The notes: generated by a model not told the origin, from the sequence alone. A DNA stretch of 64,000 nucleotides from Burkholderiales bacterium (GCA_035649495.1 DASRJL010000147.1:8479-72478); one strand, 5' to 3'. Numbered from the stretch's first letter, positions 19,248 to 28,691 are shown. Numbers and translations: made by a program.

Positions 19248-20378
19248 GTGAGCTACGAAACACCTTATGCGGGGCTGAAGGTCCTGGATCTGAGCCAGGG
19301 CGTCGCCGGCCCCTACGCCGCGATGCTGCTCGCGCAATACGGCGCCGATGTGGTGAAGGTCGAGCCGTACGAGGGCGACTGGTCGCGCATGCTGGGCGTG
19401 CGCTACGGCGACCACACGGCGTTTTCCATAGGCAGCAACCTCGGCAAGCGCGCGATCGCGGTGGACTTGAAGACGACCGAGGGACGCGAGATCGTGAACC
19501 GGCTCGCCCGGAACGCGGACGTCTTCCTCGAGAGCTTCCGGCCGGGCGTGGCCGCGCGGCTGGGGGTGGGTTACGAGGCGATCGCGGCCCTGAGCCCTCG
19601 CGTCATCTATGTATCGATATCCGGCTTCGGACAGACGGGGCCCGAAAGCGCGCGGCCGGCCATGGATCCGATCCTCCAGGCCTTTACCGGCCTGATAGCC
19701 ACGAACCGCGGCCCGGACGGAATTCCGCATCGCGTGCAGCCGATCCTGATGGACATGTCCACTGCGCTCTGCACGTTTCAGGCTCTTGCGACGACGCTGC
19801 ACGCGCGCGGCAGCGAGGCGCGCGGACGCTATCTCGACGTGAGCCTTATCCAGGCGGGAGCGGCGGTTCAGTTCGTCCACATGACGGCTCACTACCTGGA
19901 GCGGGGCAACGTACGGCCGGGTCTGTCACCGGGAGGGAACTGGAAGACGGCCGACGGCTGGATGTACGCGAGCATCCTGCACGACAGCGACTTCGGCAAG
20001 CTCTGCGACGCGCTCGAGGTGCCGCATCTCAAGGACGAGGCCCGCTACGCGACAAGCGACCTGCGCCACCAGCACGCCGCCACCCTGACGCCTGCGCTGC
20101 AGGCGGCGTTTGCCGCCAGGACGATGGCGGAGCTCGGACGGAGGCTCAAGGCCGCGGGCATCATGCACGCGCGCGTGAACACCTATAGCGAGTTCCTCGA
20201 GGAACCGCACGTGGAGGCGTCTGGAATCGTCACCTGGATCGACCAACCGGGCGTGGGAAGGGTGCCTTTCCCGCGCGTGCCGGGTCTCAAGCCTCCGGCA
20301 ACCGGCACACGGCTGGGGACGTCACCGGCTATCGATCAGCACCGCAAGGAGATACTTGCGGAGATCGGACTGGCGTAG
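19248..20378 (+). CDS. CaiB/BaiF family III CoA-transferase
   Basis: GTG 19248 follows GGAGGA. GLKVLDLSQGVAGPYAAMLLAQYGADVVKVEP is the family signature N-terminus. Confidence 0.85.
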   Translation: MSYETPYAGLKVLDLSQGVAGPYAAMLLAQYGADVVKVEPYEGDWSRMLGVRYGDHTAFSIGSNLGKRAIAVDLKTTEGREIVNRLARNADVFLESFRPGVAARLGVGYEAIAALSPRVIYVSISGFGQTGPESARPAMDPILQAFTGLIATNRGPDGIPHRVQPILMDMSTALCTFQALATTLHARGSEARGRYLDVSLIQAGAAVQFVHMTAHYLERGNVRPGLSPGGNWKTADGWMYASILHDSDFGKLCDALEVPHLKDEARYATSDLRHQHAATLTPALQAAFAARTMAELGRRLKAAGIMHARVNTYSEFLEEPHVEASGIVTWIDQPGVGRVPFPRVPGLKPPATGTRLGTSPAIDQHRKEILAEIGLA

Positions 20379-20386
20379 TCGGGGCG

Positions 20387-20414
20387 GCTATGAGCTATGA
20401 GGAGTGAGCTGTGA
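20387..20414 (+). repeat. tandem heptamer array (4 units) spanning the RBS and start of the next gene
   Basis: GCTATGA GCTATGA GGAGTGA GCTGTGA. TGA recurs every 7 nt. The last unit contains the GTG start at 20411. Confidence 0.85.
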
Positions 20415-21244
20415 GCCGCGCGCTGTTGTCCTTGGCGATCCTGGCGGTGAGGTTCTTTTCTTCCCTGGCGGCTTTGGCGGTCCTGGCGGGTTCGCCTTCG
20501 TCTGTCCACGCTCAGACCGGCTCCATCGGCATCGTCATCATGCACGGCAAGGGCGGGCTGCCGACGGGCCTGGTGGCGGGTCTTGCGCGGAACCTCGAAG
20601 GCAGGGGCTATCTGGTCGCCAACCTGGAGATGCCATGGTCCGGAAATCGGAACTATGACGTGCCCGTCGCCAGGGGCGAGGAAGAGGTCGCAGCGGCTGT
20701 CGCCGGCCTGCGCGTCAAGGGGGCGACGAAGGTATTCGTTGCCGGGCATAGCCAGGGCGGCGTGTTTGCGTTGTACCTGGCAGGCAGGCTGACCGTCGAT
20801 GGCACCATCTGCATCGCGCCGGGCGGCAATGTCGACCACTACTTCTTCTGGCCGAAAGTCAGGGATGGCCTTGCCCGCGCCCGTCAGCTCGTCGGGGAGG
20901 GCAAAGGCAGTGAGCCTGCGCCGCTCGACGACTTCGAGGGCGCCAGGGGCTCGTACCAGGTCGTCGCCGTTCCCGCGGCGTACGTGACCTGGTTCGACCC
21001 GGATGGCGCCATGAACATGGAGCGGGCGGCACGCGCCGTGCGTCAGGCGGCCCCGGTGCTGTGGATCGTCCCGCAGCGCGAGGTTCCCGGAATGCGCAAA
21101 ACCAACATACCCACGTTCCGGTCGCTGCCTGCCCATCCCCTGACCCGGCTTTACGAGCCCGACTCGGACCACCGCGGAGCGCCGGGCGCGTCGGTAGACG
21201 AAATAGCGCGCTGGACGAGCGAAGTAGCGGCGTCCTTACGCTAG
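20411..21244 (+). CDS. secreted alpha/beta hydrolase
   Basis: Signal peptide and nucleophile elbow VAGHSQGG. Confidence 0.7.
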   Translation: MSRALLSLAILAVRFFSSLAALAVLAGSPSSVHAQTGSIGIVIMHGKGGLPTGLVAGLARNLEGRGYLVANLEMPWSGNRNYDVPVARGEEEVAAAVAGLRVKGATKVFVAGHSQGGVFALYLAGRLTVDGTICIAPGGNVDHYFFWPKVRDGLARARQLVGEGKGSEPAPLDDFEGARGSYQVVAVPAAYVTWFDPDGAMNMERAARAVRQAAPVLWIVPQREVPGMRKTNIPTFRSLPAHPLTRLYEPDSDHRGAPGASVDEIARWTSEVAASLR

Positions 21245-21301
21245 CAGAGGACGGACAAGGTGCTCCGACCAGTCGTTTCGGAAAACACCTATAATGCCGG
21301 A

Positions 21302-21541
21302 ATGAACCAACCGGACCCGAATTCCCCGCGCAGCCGCCTGCAGGCGCTCCTGGCTATCCCGGAGCGGCAGCGGACGGACGCGCAATGGGACGAAATCAAC
21401 GAGCTGGAGATTCTCCTGGCGCCCGAAAACCGGCAGGGAGCTCCCATGCCCCGGAGCCGGCAGGATGCCGCGGCCGCAGCGGCTCGTCCTGTCCATCCCA
21501 AGCAGAATCGCTGGTCGCGCGGCCGCAAGCGGGGCAGATAG
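21302..21541 (+). CDS. small conserved hypothetical protein with a basic C-terminus
   Basis: MNQPDPNSPRSRLQALLAIPERQRTDAQWDEINELEILLAP followed by an Arg/Lys-rich tail. The start is inferred and no RBS is seen. Confidence 0.45.
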   Translation: MNQPDPNSPRSRLQALLAIPERQRTDAQWDEINELEILLAPENRQGAPMPRSRQDAAAAAARPVHPKQNRWSRGRKRGR

Positions 21542-21594
21542 TCGGCGCGTAGCGTCTTCCGGTGAGCGGCGCGCCACTCTCGGGGGGAGGGGAA

Positions 21595-23742
21595 ATGTCG
21601 AGCACGCTACCCGTACGGCGTCTTGCATGCGCTTGCCTGGTCGCAGCGCTGGCAGGATCTCTCGCCGCCTGGACCCCGCAGGCCGCGGCGCGTGTAACCC
21701 GCATCGTCATCGACACCCGGGTTACGCCGGCCTTCCCGTTCAGCGAGGGCGGCGGACACCAGGCCTTCGGAGCGGCCGGACTCTACGAGACCATCGCGGG
21801 CCGCGCCTTCGGCGAGCTGGATCCGGCCGATCCCCGCAACGCGATCATCCAGGACATCACGCTCGCGCCGAGAAACGCGAACGGCAGAGTCGAGTACGTA
21901 GCGAGCTTCTACCTCGTCAAGCCGGTCGACATGGCAAAGGCGAGCGGGCTCATGTGGCACGACGTGCCGAACCGCGGCCGGCGGGTCACCATCCCCGCGG
22001 CGGAGCGCAGCGCAGGAGACGTCGGACTCTCCAGCGGCTGGCAGGGTGACAACGCCGGCAACACGGTCCCGGGCATCGCCAACGACTGGGTGACCGTGCC
22101 GGTCGCGAAGAATCCCGACGGCTCGCCGATCACCGGGCAGGTGCTTGCCCGTATCGTGAATCGCAGCGGCCCGGAATCGCAGCCTCTAATCGTCCAGACC
22201 AACCCGCTGCCGTACAAGCCGCTCACGCTCGATACCGCGCGCGCCACACTGGTCACGCACGCGCACGAAACGGTCGACGGCATCGTGAAGGGCGTGAACC
22301 GGGTGCCCACCTCGGACTGGGCATGGGCGAAGTGCGGCGGGGCGCACCCGCCGTTTCCGGGCACGCCCGATGCCGGGCACATCTGCCTCAAGAACGGCTT
22401 CGATCCGAAGCTGCTCTACCAGGTGGTATTCACGGCCCGGGACCCGTACGTGCTGGGAGCAGGCTTTGCCGCGTTCCGGGACGTCGGCTCGTTCTTCAAG
22501 CACGCGAAGCAGGACGACTTCGGAACTCCCAACCCGCTCGCGGAAGGCGGCGGCATCCGGTGGTCCATCACGCGCGGCAGATCGCAATCGGGCAATTTCG
22601 TGCGGGGCTTTCTGCACCTGGGCTTCAACCAGGACGAGGCCGGCCGCCAGGTCTACGACGGCGCGTGGCCCATCATCGCGGGGCGGCGCATCGGCATGAA
22701 TTTCCGGTGGGCGCAGCCCGACGGCGTGCTGGAGCTGTACCAGGCCGGCAGCGAGGGGCCGCAGTGGTGGGTGTCCTGGCCCGACAAGGTGCGCGGTTTG
22801 CCGGCGCGAAGCATACTGGACCGCTGCAGCGCTACGAAGACGTGCCCGAAGATCATCGAGCATTTCGGCTCCGCGGAAGTGTGGGGCCTCAAGCTCACGC
22901 CGGAATGGGTCGGCACGGCCGCGGACGCCGACATCCCGCTCCCCGACAACGTGCGACGCTACTACATTCCCGGTTCCGCGCACGGCGGGGGCGCGGGGGG
23001 CTTCAATTCCAGTCTCGCCGGCACGACTCTTCCGCCGCCGGATTGCCCGGGAAATAATTTCGGCACCGCGGTGCTGAATGCGAACCCGCTGCCGCACGAC
23101 CAGACCTACAACGCGCTGCGCTTCCATTTCCGCAATTGGGTCGTGAGCGGCACGCCGCCGCCCGCGAGCCGCTACCCGACGCTGGCGGAAAAGCAGCTCG
23201 TCGATCCGACGCGAGAAGCCATGGGATTTCCGGCGCTTCCGGGCCTGCCGTCCGCGGTGCCCGGCAACTTCATCATGCCCGTGCTGGATTACGATTTCGG
23301 TCCCGATTTCAACTACAGCGACGGCTCCGGGGTGCCCACAGTGGTGCCGCCGAAGATCAAGCGGGTCATTAAGATGCTGGTGCCGAAGGTGGACGCGGAC
23401 GGCAACGAGATGGGCGGCGTGCCCGTCGTGCTGCGCGATGCGCCGCTCGGCACCTACCTCGGCTGGAACGTCACGGCCGGCGGCGCGCGCCCGTTCCACG
23501 AGGGACAGATCTGCAACTACATGGGCGGCATGATTCCGTTCGCGCGCACGCGGGCGGAGCGCCTGTCCACGAACGATCCGCGGCTGTCGCTGGAAGAGCG
23601 CTACGGCAATCACGCCGGCTACCTCAAGGCGGTGCGGGCGGCGGCCGAGAACGCGATACGGCAGGGGTTTCTGCTGCAGGCCGATGCCGATGCGCTGATC
23701 AGGCAGGCGGCCCAGAGCAATGTTCTAAAGGGTGATGAATAG
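21595..23742 (+). CDS. large secreted hypothetical protein (~715 aa)
   Basis: ATG 21595 follows GGGGGGAGGGG. Signal peptide LACACLVAALAGSLAAWTPQAAA. The sequence is long and non-repetitive. Family not confidently recognised; it may be an alpha/beta-hydrolase-domain protein. Confidence 0.7.
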   Translation: MSSTLPVRRLACACLVAALAGSLAAWTPQAAARVTRIVIDTRVTPAFPFSEGGGHQAFGAAGLYETIAGRAFGELDPADPRNAIIQDITLAPRNANGRVEYVASFYLVKPVDMAKASGLMWHDVPNRGRRVTIPAAERSAGDVGLSSGWQGDNAGNTVPGIANDWVTVPVAKNPDGSPITGQVLARIVNRSGPESQPLIVQTNPLPYKPLTLDTARATLVTHAHETVDGIVKGVNRVPTSDWAWAKCGGAHPPFPGTPDAGHICLKNGFDPKLLYQVVFTARDPYVLGAGFAAFRDVGSFFKHAKQDDFGTPNPLAEGGGIRWSITRGRSQSGNFVRGFLHLGFNQDEAGRQVYDGAWPIIAGRRIGMNFRWAQPDGVLELYQAGSEGPQWWVSWPDKVRGLPARSILDRCSATKTCPKIIEHFGSAEVWGLKLTPEWVGTAADADIPLPDNVRRYYIPGSAHGGGAGGFNSSLAGTTLPPPDCPGNNFGTAVLNANPLPHDQTYNALRFHFRNWVVSGTPPPASRYPTLAEKQLVDPTREAMGFPALPGLPSAVPGNFIMPVLDYDFGPDFNYSDGSGVPTVVPPKIKRVIKMLVPKVDADGNEMGGVPVVLRDAPLGTYLGWNVTAGGARPFHEGQICNYMGGMIPFARTRAERLSTNDPRLSLEERYGNHAGYLKAVRAAAENAIRQGFLLQADADALIRQAAQSNVLKGDE

Positions 23743-23823
23743 TAGTGATGAGAAAGTGATGAGTACTGGTGATGGGTTCATCACTATTTTTCATCACCAT
23801 CATCCATCACCAGTTCCCATCAC
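23732..23823. repeat. GTGATG x4 / CATCAC x4 inverted word array
   Basis: GTGATG at 23732, 23745, 23756 and 23769, then CATCAC at 23779, 23792, 23805 and 23818 with a 13-nt period. The array ends 21 nt before ATG 23845. Confidence 0.9.
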
Positions 23824-23844
23824 CCCTCAGCAACTCCGCCAGGC

Positions 23845-25404
23845 ATGGGCACCGACGTCCTGATCGTCGGCGCCGGACCGACCGGTCTGATGCTCGCCAA
23901 CCAGCTCGCCCGGCGCGGCGTGCACCCGCTGATCGTCGATCGGCATTCCGGACCCGCGCAGCAGACGCGCGCCATGGCCGTGCACGCGCGCACGCTCGAG
24001 ATCTACTCGAGTTTGGGCATCTCCGAGCGCGCGCTCGATCTTGGCAAGCGCGGCAACGGCGCCAACATGTGGGCGGAAGGGCGATGGATGGCGCGCATCC
24101 CGCTGGGCGACATCGGGAAGGGCGTCAGTCCGTTTCCCTTCGTGCTCATGCTGGGGCAGGACGAAAACGAGCGAATACTGGGTGATCGCCTGCGCGGGCT
24201 GGGCGTGGACGTGCAGTGGAACACGGAGCTGACCGCTTTGCGGCAGGAGCGCGAGCAGGTCACGGCAACGCTCAGGCAGCCCGACGGCACGGAGCGCAGG
24301 ATCACCGCGGCGTTCGTCGGGGGCTGCGATGGATCGCGCAGCGCCGTGCGCGAGCTCTCCGGCATCACGTTTCCCGGCGCCCCGTACGAGCACGTTTTTT
24401 TCGTCGCCGATACCGAAGCGGCCGGGCGCATGGTGCCGGACGAGCTGAACGTCTACCTGTGGCGCGACGGCTTCCACCTGTTCTTTCCGATGCGCGGGAC
24501 GGATCGCTGGCGCGTCATCGGCATCCTGCCCAGGTCCCTGAGGGGACGGGACGATCTCGCGTTCGATGAAGTGATTCCCGCGGTGCGTCGGGAGGCGGGC
24601 ACGGAACTCGCGTTCAAGTCGTGCGACTGGTTCTCGACCTACCGCATCCATCACCGCTGCGCCGTGCGGTTTCGCGACCGCCGTTGTTTCCTGCTGGGAG
24701 ACGCCGCGCACGTGCACAGCCCGATGGGCGGGCAGGGCATGAACACCGGGCTGCAGGACGCGTACAACCTGGCCTGGAAGCTCGCTCTCGTCGTGAACGG
24801 GCGCGCGGACGCGGCCCTCCTCGACACCTACGAGGAGGAGCGCATTCCGGTCGCACAGCGCCTGCTCGGCACCACCGACCGGGCGTTCAGGCTGCTGGTT
24901 TCCGACGTCTGGATCGCGGGGATTTTCCGCACGAGCCTCTTCCCGCGCCTCGCGGCGTTTGCGATGACAAAGGAACCCGCTCGGCAGCTGGCGTTCCGCA
25001 CCCTCTCGCAAACCGGTATCAGCTACCCGCGAAGTTCCCTGTCGCAGGCAATGCCGGATCTGCCCGAAGGCGCGCCGCGCGCGGGCGACCGCTTCCCCTG
25101 GCTGACGCTCGAGTTCGGCGGCGGTCCGGAGGACTTGTTCGAGAGGCTGGACGACACGCGCTTCAACCTGCTCGCGATCGGACAACGCGCGGACGCCGTC
25201 GAAACGGCGGGCTACGGCGACCTTCTGCGCATCCACGCCATAGCCGAGAATCCCGGCAACGCGAAAGAGCTCGCCCGCGTGCATATGACGGGGCCCGCGT
25301 ACTACCTGCTGCGCCCCGACGGCCACGTCGGCCTGTGCGGCGGGCGTCTCGAGGCCGGCGCCGTGCATCGCTATCTTTCCGGCCATCACATCAAATCCCG
25401 ATAG
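23845..25404 (+). CDS. FAD-dependent aromatic-ring monooxygenase (PheA/TfdB family)
   Basis: VLIVGAGPTGLMLANQLARRG, GCDGSRSAVRE and LLGDAAHVHSPMGGQGMNTGLQDAYNLAWKL. Confidence 0.85.
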   Translation: MGTDVLIVGAGPTGLMLANQLARRGVHPLIVDRHSGPAQQTRAMAVHARTLEIYSSLGISERALDLGKRGNGANMWAEGRWMARIPLGDIGKGVSPFPFVLMLGQDENERILGDRLRGLGVDVQWNTELTALRQEREQVTATLRQPDGTERRITAAFVGGCDGSRSAVRELSGITFPGAPYEHVFFVADTEAAGRMVPDELNVYLWRDGFHLFFPMRGTDRWRVIGILPRSLRGRDDLAFDEVIPAVRREAGTELAFKSCDWFSTYRIHHRCAVRFRDRRCFLLGDAAHVHSPMGGQGMNTGLQDAYNLAWKLALVVNGRADAALLDTYEEERIPVAQRLLGTTDRAFRLLVSDVWIAGIFRTSLFPRLAAFAMTKEPARQLAFRTLSQTGISYPRSSLSQAMPDLPEGAPRAGDRFPWLTLEFGGGPEDLFERLDDTRFNLLAIGQRADAVETAGYGDLLRIHAIAENPGNAKELARVHMTGPAYYLLRPDGHVGLCGGRLEAGAVHRYLSGHHIKSR

Positions 25405-25465
25405 CTCTCCGCGGCGCGCCGGTCCGGCGCTGCGTTCGACCGCGGGAACTACTCCTTCGTGCCGG

Positions 25466-25485
25466 GATTCCAACAATCTGGAATC
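25466..25485. promoter_or_regulatory. perfect 7-bp inverted repeat, candidate operator
   Basis: GATTCCA-ACAATC-TGGAATC, about 90 nt upstream of the DUF6496-like gene. Confidence 0.3.
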
Positions 25486-25572
25486 TGCATCACCCCCTGT
25501 CGTCTATCGGCGACTGGGCAAGCAGGTTTTCGCCCGGGACGGGCCGTAGTCGAAGTTCATTGGAGGAGAAGC

Positions 25573-25770
25573 ATGGCCAGGTACGGCAGGTTGGCTGCGA
25601 AGAAAGTGAGGAGGGCGATGCACGAGCGCAAGCGTGGAACCTTGCACAGCGGGCGCTCGGGCAGGAAGGTGACGAGCAGGAAGCAGGCCATAGCGATCGG
25701 CCTGTCAGAGGCGCGCCGGGCGGGCGGCAAGGTGCCGCGCCGGAACCCCGCCCGCGAGCGGGCCGCGTGA
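25573..25770 (+). CDS. small basic protein, DUF6496-like
   Basis: GGAGGAG RBS. KKVRRAMHERKRGTLHSGRSGRKVTSRKQAIAIGLSEARRAG matches the pattern I recall for this stress-associated small-protein family. Confidence 0.65.
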   Translation: MARYGRLAAKKVRRAMHERKRGTLHSGRSGRKVTSRKQAIAIGLSEARRAGGKVPRRNPARERAA

Positions 25771-25786
25771 CAGAAAGGAGTAGACG

Positions 25787-26224
25787 ATGAAGATCCATGA
25801 AATCATGACGAAAGAGGTTTTCGTTGCCGGTCCGACCCAATCCATCCGCGAAGCCGCGCGGATGATGGCCCAGTACGACACGGGGGCGCTGCCGGTAGGC
25901 GACGACGACAGGCTCCTGGGAGTCATCACCGATCGGGACATCGCGGTCCGCGCGGTCGCGCTGGGCAAATCGCTCGACACGCCGGTGAGCGAAGTGATGA
26001 GCAGGGAAATCCTCTACTGTTTCGAGGACGAAGACGTGGAGCACGTCACGCGGAACATGGGGGACAACAAGGTGCGCCGGCTCCCGGTCATGAACCGGCA
26101 GAAACGCCTGGTGGGCATAATCTCGATAGGCGATCTCTCTCACAACGCCCGACCCGCCGTCACAGGCAACGCCGTGGCGGAAATCTCGCAGGCCGGCGGC
26201 GCGCACAGCCAGAGCACGCATTAA
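25787..26224 (+). CDS. CBS-domain pair protein
   Basis: AAAGGAG RBS. MKIHEIMTKEVFVAGP...LPVGDDDRLLGVITDRDI...VRRLPVMNRQKRLVGIISIGDL. Confidence 0.85.
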   Translation: MKIHEIMTKEVFVAGPTQSIREAARMMAQYDTGALPVGDDDRLLGVITDRDIAVRAVALGKSLDTPVSEVMSREILYCFEDEDVEHVTRNMGDNKVRRLPVMNRQKRLVGIISIGDLSHNARPAVTGNAVAEISQAGGAHSQSTH

Positions 26225-26227
26225 AAG

Positions 26228-26367
26228 CCGTCAGGCGTCCGCAACACCCGTCAGGGGTCATGGGTCAGCGGTCAGGCGTGCCAGAATCTGTTAAGGTCAT
26301 GCGCGCCTGACGCTTAACGCTTAACGCCTGACGGGTTCTCGCGCGCATGACCCATGACCCCTGACAG
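26228..26367. repeat. CGTCAGG-word nested inverted repeat between convergent genes
   Basis: Left arm is CCGTCAGGCG..CCGTCAGGGGTCATGGGTCAGCGGTCAGGCG. Right arm is GCGCCTGACG..CGCCTGACGG..CATGACCCATGACCCCTGACAGG. Confidence 0.85.
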
Positions 26368-26379
26368 GTTCTCGTGGCG

Positions 26380-27432
26380 TCAGCGGACCAGCCTGAACTT
26401 GTGCACCCGGCGGCCCCAGTTGGTTTCGGCCACGTAGAGATCGCCCTTCGAGTCCACGGCGAGGCTGTGGCCGTGCGTAAAGCTGCCGAGCTGGTGCCCG
26501 GGACGGCCGAAGCTCGACAGGATGGCTCCGCTCGCGTGGTCGAGGATGTGCACCTGCTCGTTCCGTCCATTCATCACGTACAGGTACTTCTGATCGCGGT
26601 CCGGTGAGAATGCCGTCCACCACGCCGTGCCGCGCTTGTCCGGCAGCGCCGGGGTCCCCGTGCGCACCCAGATGTTGCGCTTGAAATTTCCCATCTTGTC
26701 GAACACCTGCACGCGGTCGCCCTGCCGGTCGCCGATGTAAACGAGGCCGGCGTTGCTGATCGCGACGCTGTGTACGACCTCCGCGAACGCGCCGCCTACC
26801 CCGGCCTCCATTTCCTCCGGCGTCGCCTGCCGTCCCCACTGGCGCAGGAACTTGCCGTTCTTGTCGAATACGATCACGCGCCGGTTGCCGTAGCCGTCGG
26901 CGAAATAGACATCGCCGTTTTCCGGATCGCAGGCGATGCCCGCGGGCTTGTTGAGCCGGTCCTTGCCCGCATTCAGGTTCTTGCTCTTCCTGGTGCCGTC
27001 CACCGTGTCGAACTGGCCTTTCGTGCCGATCTGGACCAGGAGCTTGCCGTCGTAGGTGTACTTCTGGACCATGCCGTCGCCGTTCGCCGTGATCCAGACG
27101 TTGTTGTCGTGATCGACGGCGCAGCTGTGCGGCGTCGAGGGAAGTACGTCCCAATCGCCCCACGAGCCGATCAGGGTGCCGTCCCGGTCGAAAATCATCA
27201 CCGCCGGCGCCCGGGTGCAGGTTTCCTTCTCCTCCTCCGTGATATCGCCGCGGTTCACGACGAGCACGTGATCGTTGTGGTCCACGTAGACGCAGGCGAG
27301 CTGCCCGGCGATCCAGCCCTCCGGCAGCGGCTTGGGCCACGCGGGATCGATCTCGAAGCGCGGGGCGGTCGAGACGGAAGCGACGGGGCGGAGGGGGGCG
27401 GTCGCGGTGGAAGTGCCGGAGCTGGTGGTCAT
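26380..27432 (-). CDS. NHL-repeat beta-propeller protein (peptidylamidoglycolate-lyase-like)
   Basis: 350 aa with repeated blades (VAISNAGLVYIGDRQGDRVQVFD, DLYVAETNWGRRVHKF). Confidence 0.7.
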   Translation of the reverse strand: MTTSSGTSTATAPLRPVASVSTAPRFEIDPAWPKPLPEGWIAGQLACVYVDHNDHVLVVNRGDITEEEKETCTRAPAVMIFDRDGTLIGSWGDWDVLPSTPHSCAVDHDNNVWITANGDGMVQKYTYDGKLLVQIGTKGQFDTVDGTRKSKNLNAGKDRLNKPAGIACDPENGDVYFADGYGNRRVIVFDKNGKFLRQWGRQATPEEMEAGVGGAFAEVVHSVAISNAGLVYIGDRQGDRVQVFDKMGNFKRNIWVRTGTPALPDKRGTAWWTAFSPDRDQKYLYVMNGRNEQVHILDHASGAILSSFGRPGHQLGSFTHGHSLAVDSKGDLYVAETNWGRRVHKFRLVR

Positions 27433-27521
27433 ATGGCCTCTCTCAATGTGGACAGGACAATCTATACCGAAGTCCGCACCCGCACAACGAGGGAGTAGAC
27501 TTTGGCCAAAGGGAGGACCTC

Positions 27522-28691
27522 ATGAACGATGCCGTAGATCTCGCCAGTCCCAGCGCCGCTGCCACGCAGGAATTTCCACTTGCTCAAGCCACTCCGCGCG
27601 AGCTGGGCTTTCACGAGCCGGCGCTGGCGCGCCTGCGCAAGCTGATCCAGTCGCATATCGCCGAGGGACGCTACCCGGGCGCGCAGATCGCGCTTGCCCG
27701 GCACGGCCGTCTGGCGCTGTTCGAATCATTCGGCAAGGCCGCGATCGCGCCCGAAGCGGCCGCGGCCGCCGATACGCTGTGGCTCCTCTTTTCGAACACC
27801 AAAGTCATCACGGCGACCGGGATCTGGGCGCTAGTCGAGGACGGATTGCTGCGATTCTCCGACCGCGTCGCCGAGCACATCCCCGAATACGCGCGCCATG
27901 GAAAGGGCGACATCACGGTCGCACAGGTCCTGAGCCACCGCGCGGGCTATCCGAGCCAGGTTGTCTCCTCTGCCGCGTGGACCGACCACCAGGAAATGCG
28001 CCGCCAGGTGTGCGAATTCACGCTCGAATGGACGCCTGGCACACGGCTCGCCTATCACGGAAGCGCAGCGCACTGGACCGCCGCTGCACTGATCGAAGCC
28101 GTGGCCAAGGTCGATTACCGGGACTTCCTGCGGCAGCGGATCATGGAGCCGCTGGGCCTGGCGCGCGAGGTCTACGTCGGCCTGCCGGATGCGCAACACG
28201 GCCGCGCCGCCATGATGTACGAGCCGGGGCCCGACGGCAGCCAGCGTCCGCTGGCGGAACAGAACACCGCGCCCCATCGCCGCGCGGGTATCCCGAGCAG
28301 CGGCGGCTATGCGACCGCCCGCGGCATGGCGGCGCTGTACCAGATGATGGTGAACTTCGGCCGCCTGAACGGCACGCGTCTGTTCTCGCGGCGCCTGATC
28401 GAGTTCGTCACTCGCAATCACACCGGCGACATGCTCGATGAAACGATGGGCATGCCCATGCATCGCGGGTTGGGCGTGCACGTGCGCGGCGCCACCGAAA
28501 CGATACGCGGCCTGGGCAGCCTCGCCTCCCCGCGGACTTACGGGCACGGCGGCGTCGGCTCATCGTATTGCTGGGGCGATCCGGATTCCGGCGTGTCGTT
28601 CGCCTACATCACCAACAGCAAAGTGCCCGACCCGTGGCACAGCGTGCGGCTCGATCTGGTAGCGAACATCGTGCATTCGGCGATCGATTAG
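27522..28691 (+). CDS. serine hydrolase, beta-lactamase/esterase (class C-like) family
   Basis: SxxK motif in LFSNTKVITA. 389 aa. YGHGG near the C-terminus. Confidence 0.8.
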   Translation: MNDAVDLASPSAAATQEFPLAQATPRELGFHEPALARLRKLIQSHIAEGRYPGAQIALARHGRLALFESFGKAAIAPEAAAAADTLWLLFSNTKVITATGIWALVEDGLLRFSDRVAEHIPEYARHGKGDITVAQVLSHRAGYPSQVVSSAAWTDHQEMRRQVCEFTLEWTPGTRLAYHGSAAHWTAAALIEAVAKVDYRDFLRQRIMEPLGLAREVYVGLPDAQHGRAAMMYEPGPDGSQRPLAEQNTAPHRRAGIPSSGGYATARGMAALYQMMVNFGRLNGTRLFSRRLIEFVTRNHTGDMLDETMGMPMHRGLGVHVRGATETIRGLGSLASPRTYGHGGVGSSYCWGDPDSGVSFAYITNSKVPDPWHSVRLDLVANIVHSAID

